Shown here: positions 56,501 through 64,000 of the stretch, in pieces
Position numbering within the stretch: the stretch's first letter is position 1
How the letters are laid out: each line of letters starts with the position of its first letter
The notes under the pieces: generated by a model
What the model was told of the DNA's origin: nothing
Seen by the model: only the letters and a program-made list of their open reading frames with translations
The model's database searches: none
IMG/VR virus record: IMGVR_UViG_3300025684_000012
Source of the DNA: a virus
Direction: 5' to 3' (one strand)
Length of the DNA: 64,000 nucleotides
Position numbers and translations under genes: made by a program

Positions 56501-57777
56501 TTTTTTGTCATGCTCCGTATAATATCAGCCAGCGCTTTTGCTGAGATGTTTTTGGCGTTATATCGGCGAATGGTTTCAGCCGCCCAGTATTCTACACTAT
56601 GCCTTTTTGGGTTGTCGCTTTTGGTCATAGATTTGATTGCATCATTAGCAAGATGATTGTAATGTTTTTTCAGAAGTGTTTTTGATGCCACACGACCAAT
56701 GTCATGGGACCATGCACGTTCGTCTATATCCATGTGGGGGGTATCTTTAACGTACTTCTTTTTCAGTTTATCAGTACCTTCGTCGCCGGCACCGTTTTCT
56801 TCAGGGACGCAATTGGGGACGTCTTTGCCACCTTTCTTCTTCATACCAACTTGCTTGTATCCATCCCAACAATCTTCGCTGTAGATATCTATGAACGACT
56901 TATTTACTCGTACGCCATCAGTATTCGTTGGTTTAGGTTCTTCAGTTTGTTCACGTTCTTCGATCAGCTCAACTGCATCTAACCATCTGCGAGTTTTAAC
57001 GCCATTGGTTTCTGTGATTACATAGTTCGCGCCAAGGTGAGTTACTTCTGTGAGATTGCCAGATTCTTTGACAACGACAATGTCTCCCACTTTGTATAGA
57101 TCCCCTTGAACAAACTTCTCGCGGGTTTCGGATACAGACTCCAATGAGATGTGATGCTTGAATTGTTTTTCTTCTTTGAGACCCATTCCTGCCCGCACGT
57201 CATTGAATAACTTGCGCGCATCAGCATTAGACACAGCTTTCGGTACGCCTTGAGAAAATGCTACGAAGTCGTTGTCGACGGCGTTCTGACGTTGTTTAGA
57301 AGCAGACATTCCCTCAATACCATCAGAATCAGGATCGCGTTGACCAGCAGAGATAACTTTGATTGATTGGAAGTTATAGAAGCCGTGACGCGCTTCCTTT
57401 CCGTTATATTGGTTGAATAGAACGTCGAATTGTGTGACGCGATCGTCTCCAACAACCATAGTGACGTTCTTATATCCTTGGTCATACAGGGCTACCAATA
57501 CATCGATTGGGGTTTTGATTTTCTTATCGATTATGATGTGTCGCGCATGCTTCGGAAACATTTTACGCGTATACTTGACTTTATCAGTGTATGATAGTGG
57601 ATTCTTTTTCTTATCTTGGGTTTGTGACACATACACTTTATAGTCAGCCTTACCAGACTTGCTCGCTAACACGTCCATCACTTTGCCGTGACCAATCGTC
57701 GGGGGGTTCATTCGGCCGAACGTGAAGAATACCTCACGCTGCTCTTCAACTAAGTACTGACTGAAATTCTTAATCAT
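56497..57777 (-). CDS. cytidyltransferase-like (HIGH-motif nucleotidyltransferase) with C-terminal peptide modules
   Basis: FTFGRMNPPTIGH, VVGDDRV, SAGQRDPD, MSASK. Confidence 0.85.
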   Translation of the reverse strand: MIKNFSQYLVEEQREVFFTFGRMNPPTIGHGKVMDVLASKSGKADYKVYVSQTQDKKKNPLSYTDKVKYTRKMFPKHARHIIIDKKIKTPIDVLVALYDQGYKNVTMVVGDDRVTQFDVLFNQYNGKEARHGFYNFQSIKVISAGQRDPDSDGIEGMSASKQRQNAVDNDFVAFSQGVPKAVSNADARKLFNDVRAGMGLKEEKQFKHHISLESVSETREKFVQGDLYKVGDIVVVKESGNLTEVTHLGANYVITETNGVKTRRWLDAVELIEEREQTEEPKPTNTDGVRVNKSFIDIYSEDCWDGYKQVGMKKKGGKDVPNCVPEENGAGDEGTDKLKKKYVKDTPHMDIDERAWSHDIGRVASKTLLKKHYNHLANDAIKSMTKSDNPKRHSVEYWAAETIRRYNAKNISAKALADIIRSMTKK

Positions 57778-58210
57778 CTTTCTTACCACCACCACGTTTT
57801 TTAAGTAGCTCAGCTTTACGAACTTTAGGCATCAGTTTGCGAGCAGACCGAGTTATCTTCATCTGCATTGCTGGCTTTTCCAAGCGTTTCTCTATTTCTT
57901 TTTTACGGGCGTTGGACAGCTCGGATTTTGGAATATTTTTGGTGAATTTTTTAGCAAGGAGATTACGTGCTTGCTTGCGGGCGCGCTTTTGTAGCTTATC
58001 TAACGTAGCTACCTTACGCTCCGCTCGACGACGACCCATAGCAATCTTGGCCTTGTTGCGCTTCATAGAAATAGCTTTCTTTCTACGCTGCTGCATATCA
58101 AGAGCTTCGTCTTGTACTTTTCGGTCTTTAGCTGCTTTAGCTAATTCGTAATCGCCTGTCATAGTGTAATCAACAGCCACGAATTGTTTGAACGACAATG
58201 GTTTGTCCAT
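57770..58210 (-). CDS. very basic conserved protein
   Basis: LSFKQF N-terminus; K/R-rich. Confidence 0.65.
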   Translation of the reverse strand: MDKPLSFKQFVAVDYTMTGDYELAKAAKDRKVQDEALDMQQRRKKAISMKRNKAKIAMGRRRAERKVATLDKLQKRARKQARNLLAKKFTKNIPKSELSNARKKEIEKRLEKPAMQMKITRSARKLMPKVRKAELLKKRGGGKKDD

Positions 58211-58241
58211 TGCTACTTATTCCTTTTATTTGGTTAACCCA

Positions 58242-59465
58242 TTAGTTGCGACTCGCTGAGTCCCATCCTTTTAATATGTCTGGAGAAAAGTTGTTGTATG
58301 AAAATTCCATACGATCAACCAATTTCACCGCATCACCACCAAGTGTATCAATCGCTACATAACCTTCTTCACCGGTCACTTTATACCCAGTAGAAGTTTT
58401 TACGAAAGTATCGATCGATTTCAGTTCATTAAGTTTATTTATAAGTTTTATTTTAGCTAGCACTATGATCTTCTGTAACTCAAACATATTTACTAGCGAT
58501 TGCTTGTTTGTATCGCTGAAAAACGACATTACTTCGTCTTTCTTAGCAATCTTACCCGCCTTTCCACGTTCCGATTTGAGCTTATCAACTTCTGCATTAA
58601 ACCGCTTGTCTATAAACGAGATTAGCTGGTCTACATGCTTACGGGGATCTGCAATAACCTGTTGATTGCGTACCAGCTGGTTATTGAAGATCTCGATCAA
58701 ACGTGGAAGTTCTGGGTGAGATTCCAAGGCGCGTAACGTAGTACCCGATATCTTGTTAAACAGTTTACCGGCTTGGGACAATAGTTTATTGACCTCTTCA
58801 GTATCTCGCTTAGACATTGTAGCCTTCGATAGGTCGGTTAGCATAGCATCCTGAGACCATACGTTAGCACTACGCTTGAGTGCCTTGACGTTGACTCCGT
58901 AATCTGCCTTCATGCTTTCAAACGTATTGCCCTTATATGTAGTATGCCATACGATACCAATCTTAGCCTTTAGTATCTCCTGCGCCTGGTCTACTGGTAC
59001 AGCATATACAATGGTATTCGGATGGAACACTACGTAATTCTGACCGTCGATCTTCTTTTTGGTTAAGTCACCAGGACCAAACAAGAAGTCCCCTTGAATA
59101 ACGCCCTTGATTCCTAACGATGGAAGATACTGAAGTGCTGCTTTGAGTTTAACAGCCAAGTCACCAGATGTATCATCATCGATATCCTGGTCGGTCTTAT
59201 ACACCTTAGGGTTCTTATTGAAGATACCTTTCTTCGCTACGAAGAACTTACCGTCGGATGGATCAGTGCCACAGAAGATTGCGGGAGCTCCGTCCCATTT
59301 AACAGACACCTTACCGGTGTGCTTTCCTGCTAGCATGTCACGCAATGAACGTAAAGCGAATATAGCTTGACGAGTCCCATCAACGCCCCCATAGATGACC
59401 TTATCTTCGATATGAGTCATATGAGTGTTTTTTTGTTCGCTTATAAATTGCTTGAAAGAATTCAT
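58242..59465 (-). CDS. conserved T4-like protein (DUF6267-like) with ligase-type KxDG motif
   Basis: KNTHMTHIED, VKWDGAPA, QGD, EGYV, KLVDR. Confidence 0.75.
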   Translation of the reverse strand: MNSFKQFISEQKNTHMTHIEDKVIYGGVDGTRQAIFALRSLRDMLAGKHTGKVSVKWDGAPAIFCGTDPSDGKFFVAKKGIFNKNPKVYKTDQDIDDDTSGDLAVKLKAALQYLPSLGIKGVIQGDFLFGPGDLTKKKIDGQNYVVFHPNTIVYAVPVDQAQEILKAKIGIVWHTTYKGNTFESMKADYGVNVKALKRSANVWSQDAMLTDLSKATMSKRDTEEVNKLLSQAGKLFNKISGTTLRALESHPELPRLIEIFNNQLVRNQQVIADPRKHVDQLISFIDKRFNAEVDKLKSERGKAGKIAKKDEVMSFFSDTNKQSLVNMFELQKIIVLAKIKLINKLNELKSIDTFVKTSTGYKVTGEEGYVAIDTLGGDAVKLVDRMEFSYNNFSPDILKGWDSASRN

Positions 59466-59466
59466 T

Positions 59467-60219
59467 CTATACCCTTACCAATGGCTTAATACTTTTGCTA
59501 GTGAAGCGCTCCATCTCTATGTCTTCCTTCTTCACTTCCTTAATTGTTATGATCTCTCCGTACTGTGTATCCCTAGAGTCGTTGAGAACAAATATAACTT
59601 TGTGCCCCTTGAAGTAATGCTTGTACGCTAACTCTTTATACCGTTGGCGCAACTGTTCATATGTGTCTGGGCTTTTCTTTTGTAGCTCAGCAAATTTGGA
59701 TCCAGATATTTCAGGAGCTCCTTTCGAAGGAGTAATACCAGCTGCATAACATGCTTCCTGTATATCCACTTCCAACTGACTCATCCCAGGGATGTTGCCT
59801 CCAAGTTTGAAATCGCTAACATAATCTTTAGTCGATTTACTCTTCCACCGTACAGCTTTAACCTCAAACTTCTCACTGCCGTTAACCAAGTCGATACCAG
59901 CTGATGAACCGCCACCCAAGTGGCCCTTCTGCGTGAGTAAAAACAATACTGCCTCAGAGGGACCTACACCTTTCAAGGGCAGGTTGTGCAGCTTATCGTA
60001 CTGGCTAGCACTATCCTTTTTAAGCAGCTTTACCAGAGCATTATACTTAGCTTTGTCTATATTGGCAACAGCTTTGTCTGGATCAAATGACCCAAACATA
60101 TGGGCGGCATACAAGTGTTGAATCTCTTTCTTGTACTTGTTAGTAGTGAAGTCATTACTCGTTAAGTTAAATGACGTCACCCGAGTCGCCCGTCTGATAA
60201 AATCGTTGTCTAGTTCCAT
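59467..60219 (-). CDS. putative PD-(D/E)xK nuclease-fold protein
   Basis: GVGPSE ... GIDL ... FEVK. Confidence 0.5.
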   Translation of the reverse strand: MELDNDFIRRATRVTSFNLTSNDFTTNKYKKEIQHLYAAHMFGSFDPDKAVANIDKAKYNALVKLLKKDSASQYDKLHNLPLKGVGPSEAVLFLLTQKGHLGGGSSAGIDLVNGSEKFEVKAVRWKSKSTKDYVSDFKLGGNIPGMSQLEVDIQEACYAAGITPSKGAPEISGSKFAELQKKSPDTYEQLRQRYKELAYKHYFKGHKVIFVLNDSRDTQYGEIITIKEVKKEDIEMERFTSKSIKPLVRV

Positions 60220-60250
60220 CGCTTACCGCTGCCTAATAGGTTGATGGAAG

Positions 60251-60258
60251 TATTTATA
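60251..60258 (-). promoter_or_regulatory. late promoter TATAAATA
   Basis: Exact consensus upstream of 60219. Confidence 0.75.
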
Positions 60259-60266
60259 CAATTCGA

Positions 60267-60950
60267 CTAAACGTCTAGTAATGGGGCGGGGGCTTGTTCA
60301 GCTTTGTGCTGGGCTATTGTTTGTTTGAGTGGGCGTACCCAGTTGTCGCGGTGCTCGATGAACACCTGAGGAGAGTGGCCGTCGACCGTTATTAACGTAA
60401 CAAGCTGGGTGATAGGCATGCCAGTGCGTTCTTCCCACATGATAGCATAGGCCGCTTCCTGCATATAGTAGTTAGTGATCCACTTGGCACTCTTAGGCTT
60501 CTTCGATGTTTTGAAGTCGATGATTGATATCTTACCATCAAATTCAGCTACACAGTCGACTCGCCCAGCAACTCCTAGGTGAGTTGAGTATAGGGGTGCC
60601 TCTTGGGCATACACTTTACCAATACGGGTGTCAAGTATTGGCTGCAGATCGAGAAAGCTGGCTATAATGTCGGGAGTGTATCCGTCAGTATAATTGTCAT
60701 CATTATCAATGTATTTCTCAATCAGTTCGTGAACAGCAGTACCGCGGGTTGATGCGCGATGCATAATCCTATCTGCCTGCTCGTCACCAACCTTTTTACG
60801 CCAAGCAGCAATTCCATCTCGCGACAGAATAGAGAGCACTGTTGTAATGGAAGGTAGTTTTTGCCCATCAGGGGCATTATACAGTCGTCCACTTTCTGTA
60901 GTGGTCGCCGTAAGCTCTACCAGTTCAACCGGCTCATGTTTAAATATCAT
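60267..60950 (-). CDS. PD-(D/E)xK exonuclease (RecB/Cas4-like)
   Basis: PSITTVL, RGTAVH, AGRVDC, IIDFKTS, QEAAYA. Confidence 0.88.
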   Translation of the reverse strand: MIFKHEPVELVELTATTTESGRLYNAPDGQKLPSITTVLSILSRDGIAAWRKKVGDEQADRIMHRASTRGTAVHELIEKYIDNDDNYTDGYTPDIIASFLDLQPILDTRIGKVYAQEAPLYSTHLGVAGRVDCVAEFDGKISIIDFKTSKKPKSAKWITNYYMQEAAYAIMWEERTGMPITQLVTLITVDGHSPQVFIEHRDNWVRPLKQTIAQHKAEQAPAPLLDV

Positions 60951-61077
60951 CGTCATTATCATCCCAAAAACTAATATCATCAAAGTCTAAATCATCTACC
61001 CACAGAGTGAATATTTTATACAGCCCATATATAACGGGGGCCACCAAGAGCACTACAACTAAAATTATCTCACTCAT
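60940..61077 (-). CDS. 45-aa membrane peptide with acidic tail
   Basis: MSEIILVVVLLVAPVIYGLYKIFTLWVDDLDFDD...; read manually. Confidence 0.5.
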   Translation of the reverse strand: MSEIILVVVLLVAPVIYGLYKIFTLWVDDLDFDDISFWDDNDDDI

Positions 61078-61231
61078 CCAGCTTGTTTCCATAATAGTCG
61101 TGTGTACCCATACGGTAGTTTTTACGTCTTTCTGAGGTTTCGGCGGCTGCAGCGAATGAAGCTACCACCCAAATCCCCAGAACGGCTAAACCAAAACCCG
61201 CAGCCATGATGTTGAGTAAAATATCAATCAT
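61070..61231 (-). CDS. small membrane protein
   Basis: Start adjusted to MIDILL after GAGG. Confidence 0.55.
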   Translation of the reverse strand: MIDILLNIMAAGFGLAVLGIWVVASFAAAAETSERRKNYRMGTHDYYGNKLDE

Positions 61232-61232
61232 G

Positions 61233-61424
61233 TTATGCCACCTCTTCAGTAAGAGGAGCAATAAAGGCATACTTCGGTTCACGGCACCATTGACCGATTT
61301 CGTCAAACCCCAACAGAACGAACCCATCAAGTGGATCAGTGCCGTCTTCAAACTCTACTAGGTCGTAACCAGGACGCATGCTGGTGACTTTGGTGATATC
61401 GACGATCTCAACTGAAAATTCCAT
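61233..61424 (-). CDS. hypothetical early protein
   Basis: Follows GAGAGAGA leader and promoter TTGCCC-N17-GATAAT (61455-61483). Confidence 0.6.
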   Translation of the reverse strand: MEFSVEIVDITKVTSMRPGYDLVEFEDGTDPLDGFVLLGFDEIGQWCREPKYAFIAPLTEEVA

Positions 61425-61529
61425 AATATATCTCTCTCTGTTCAATGTAGGGTAATTATCTCATATTCAAGGCAACAGGGCAACAGTTTTTTTCGATATT
61501 TTTGAAAATAATTTATACCCTTAATGCCC

Positions 61530-61721
61530 TTAATACCCGCCGGTCTTAAACCAGCCCTTACCCTTCAACTGAAATCCACCGGTAGTCGTGATCACCTTAA
61601 CGTGATCTGTTTCCTGTTCGCACACAGGGCACGGCAGTTTCATTTCAGACTTAGTTTCACTCATACTCATACGAAAGTCGCTAACTCCATAACACAGCGA
61701 ACATCTAAAACTGTACGTCAT
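61530..61721 (-). CDS. FmdB-family zinc ribbon protein
   Basis: YSFRCSLC...CPVC...FQLKGKGWFKTG. Confidence 0.8.
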   Translation of the reverse strand: MTYSFRCSLCYGVSDFRMSMSETKSEMKLPCPVCEQETDHVKVITTTGGFQLKGKGWFKTGGY

Positions 61722-61737
61722 CGTTTACTCCACATCA

Positions 61738-61905
61738 TTATTTCTTCAATATAGTTTCAGAAATTTGTCCATCATACAGTCCATACTGTATTGTGCTTCT
61801 GCCCCTCTTGGTCACTAACTTAGCGCCATCAAACGAGGTAACGCGTTCCTTTCCCTTCTTCTCTATATCGTTTTTAAATTGCCCCAGGGAATTATAGGTT
61901 TTCAT
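61738..61905 (-). CDS. hypothetical protein
   Basis: Start adjusted to MKTYNS after GAGGA. Confidence 0.55.
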   Translation of the reverse strand: MKTYNSLGQFKNDIEKKGKERVTSFDGAKLVTKRGRSTIQYGLYDGQISETILKK

Positions 61906-62116
61906 CTTGTATTCCTCGTTAATGTTTAAAAGGTGAGGGAGACGACCGAGAATCCTCAATCCTTATCCTCATTATCAACCTACGCGTACGCCATAGGAAT
62001 TACAATCTCAACTGAATAACCACTATCGTAGTCTGTCACACTACAATCATTTACCCTACTGCCCGTAGGCGTAGGCGCCACAGTGTGCATCGCTGAGAGG
62101 CAGGGCGGGTCACTTG

Positions 62117-62398
62117 TTACTTCCCTTTCTGTTCTACAAACTCATACAGCTCAGCAGCCTTCTTCTTGATTGCTTCTGACGTTGGCATTTCAGGAAATGC
62201 TTTCTCAATTGTACTTGCGAGTTCAGTCAATCGTTCGAGCGTTAAACGCTCATCGACTCGACCATCAAGCATATTGAGTTTTTCGCAGATTTCGTTGTGC
62301 AATGTCCAGAAAGCATTCATCTGTACCTCGTACTTCGACATTTCAGCATCTCGTGCCATTTCTAGCACTTTAAAACGTAGTTCATATGGATTAGACAT
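62117..62398 (-). CDS. conserved hypothetical protein
   Basis: MSNPYELRFKVLEMA...P....IKKKAAELYEFV; AAGGAG SD. Confidence 0.7.
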   Translation of the reverse strand: MSNPYELRFKVLEMARDAEMSKYEVQMNAFWTLHNEICEKLNMLDGRVDERLTLERLTELASTIEKAFPEMPTSEAIKKKAAELYEFVEQKGK

Positions 62399-62469
62399 AA
62401 TTGTCTCCTTGTTGTGTGTGTGTTGTGTGTGTTTTGGAATTTTTAGAGTCATTCCACGACTTTGGAATT

Positions 62470-63006
62470 TTATAGTGCACCCTCTTCCGAATATGTCAGA
62501 AACCACTTTGGAATACTTCGGTTTGTCCACTTCATATCAAACCTGGATTGTTTAGACTGGTAGAATTTTCGGTAAGAGGCGACAGGATCACCTTCTACGA
62601 TACACTCAGGTTGTGTCTTAAATGCTAGCTTGAATGCTGTAAACCCACCTCGAGGAATGTTCACAGGGGCGCGCGAGAGCGCAATACCGAACTTCTCCCA
62701 CGACTTGTGTACCTTACCGTAACGGTGCGTATACTCCCTACACAACTCCATCCAGTGACGATAGTGCCACAGATAGTTTGAGTCCGACTCCATAGTCCAC
62801 AGAGTAGAGGGATGTTTGGGGTGAGCGATCTTATATAGGTCTTCGTTACCACCATCCAGAATACGGTGGGCGGTACATAGCATCTGAGCAGATTCCAACG
62901 GCATTTTAACGATGTGCTTATCACACTGAGAACGCGCAGAGTCGATTGCATCAGGGAACCTGAATGCTCTCTTCTCATCATACTCGATACCAAATATATT
63001 CATCAC
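62470..63006 (-). CDS. pyrimidine dimer DNA glycosylase / endonuclease V-related protein
   Basis: CDKHIVKMPLESAQML, HPKHPSTLW, EYTHRYGK.H. Confidence 0.75.
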   Translation of the reverse strand: MMNIFGIEYDEKRAFRFPDAIDSARSQCDKHIVKMPLESAQMLCTAHRILDGGNEDLYKIAHPKHPSTLWTMESDSNYLWHYRHWMELCREYTHRYGKVHKSWEKFGIALSRAPVNIPRGGFTAFKLAFKTQPECIVEGDPVASYRKFYQSKQSRFDMKWTNRSIPKWFLTYSEEGAL

Positions 63007-63025
63007 ATGCTCCTCAAACCATTAC

Positions 63026-63048
63026 AAAATGGGCGCCCTAGGGCGCCC
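63026..63048 (-). terminator. hairpin terminator
   Basis: GGGCGCC-CTAG-GGCGCCC followed by ATTTT. Confidence 0.7.
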
Positions 63049-63057
63049 AGCTCCAGC

Positions 63058-63996
63058 TTACGCAGCGGTCGCGAACTCAACCGCCTTCTCGATCGCCTTG
63101 ATCTTACGGGTTTGGTTAGTGCCAAACCAAGCTGATTGCATACGCTTATCTGCGCTGGTACCCATGTGGTGATCAGTCAAGTACGTGACTGAGTTGAATG
63201 CCTGCCACCACGAACCTTCACCAAACTTAGCTCCAGGCTGAGTCTCCAACGCTGAGAACGCTGCCTGACCATTCTTAGTTAAGTCTGCGATCGTCTTAAC
63301 CTGGGTCTGCTTGTTCTTAGGTTGATATGTGCGTGGGAACACTTCGTTGTAGTACTGGATCAAAGACTCAGCGGTAAAACGCTTAGACGCTAAGAAGCTG
63401 GCAACTTCCTTATACTGCTCAAACTTATTGTGAGCAATACCAAGCTGATCTTTGACCATGTCCGCATTGAACTGTGAGCGGTGACCAACTTTAACACCAT
63501 TTTTAGCTTGACCAGCAATCGCCATCGATAACGTGTTGTTACATACAACGCGGATCGGGGAGAAGCGAACGTCAATTGATTGACCATACTTGTGTGGGTT
63601 AGACAGCAGCAAGTATGAATCTACCTGGTCGCCGCCAAGGATATCAAAAGACTCCTTAACCTTAGCTAGACACCAAACGATACGGCCGTCATCCAACGAA
63701 CCAGCAGTGTGCATCTCCATGTCACCAGCCATAACATACTCGTTGAAGAACTCGAATGCATCAGCATTCTGGAGTGGCTCCCAGTTTGGACCGACGTTAG
63801 TCAGGATTCTGTTATCTGAAGTGCGTACAAGAGACTCTTGACCAGTAGCCACTTTCACTCCACCAAGCTCAACGAAAGAGGGAACTTTCTGAACTTTCCA
63901 GTCGCATCCAGCCATCTCCATCATCTGACGGGGAGAGAGGTCATTCGATACTCTTGTACCGAGGCCGTGCCACGGTGTTTCACCAGCGTATGCCAT
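63058..63996 (-). CDS. DUF932/DUF945-family protein
   Basis: PWHGLG, TAGSL..G, RVVCNNTL, W.AFNSVT. Confidence 0.88.
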   Translation of the reverse strand: MAYAGETPWHGLGTRVSNDLSPRQMMEMAGCDWKVQKVPSFVELGGVKVATGQESLVRTSDNRILTNVGPNWEPLQNADAFEFFNEYVMAGDMEMHTAGSLDDGRIVWCLAKVKESFDILGGDQVDSYLLLSNPHKYGQSIDVRFSPIRVVCNNTLSMAIAGQAKNGVKVGHRSQFNADMVKDQLGIAHNKFEQYKEVASFLASKRFTAESLIQYYNEVFPRTYQPKNKQTQVKTIADLTKNGQAAFSALETQPGAKFGEGSWWQAFNSVTYLTDHHMGTSADKRMQSAWFGTNQTRKIKAIEKAVEFATAA

Positions 63997-64000
63997 TTGA

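Noticed and set aside
61925-62116. tmRNA (short ORF ending ..MAYA)
   Set aside because: No tRNA-like acceptor stem or T-loop termini
1-64000. Stop codon reassignment or tRNA genes
   Set aside because: Conserved genes are intact in the standard code and end in TAA, TAG or TGA; no tRNA cloverleaf recognised by eye

Overview
A 64-kb segment of a T4-like (Tevenvirinae-related) myophage genome, probably marine, in the standard genetic code and mostly on the minus strand. 1-28.7 kb is the tail/baseplate module: fibre proteins, a DUF4815/VrlC-like protein, gp8, gp7-like, gp6, gp25, gp5, gp27, gp53, gp48, gp4, gp2, gp54, gp26/gp51 and a tape measure-like protein. It is followed by gp32, gp33 and small early genes. 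34-44 kb holds a cluster of five glycosyltransferase-like genes, an O-carbamoyltransferase and a radical SAM/SPASM enzyme, most of it behind a TATAAATA late promoter. Then come phoH, queC-like, nrdB and nrdA fused to glutaredoxin, and a late cluster of proteins with T4 capsid-targeting-like N-termini. Highlights: (1) a candidate virion post-translational decoration system, pairing the late modification enzymes with fibre proteins packed with D-S and (Y/F)-x-R motifs; (2) a probable -1 frameshift joining gp26 to a start-less gp51 just before the tape measure gene, as in lambda G/GT; (3) a perfect 14-nt complement of the 16S rRNA 3' end that overlaps a stop codon and is followed by a structured leader; (4) putative capsid-packaged enzymes and polyproteins; (5) candidate structured ncRNAs and duplicated early-promoter cassettes. 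All family calls come from motif recognition; no database searches were run.
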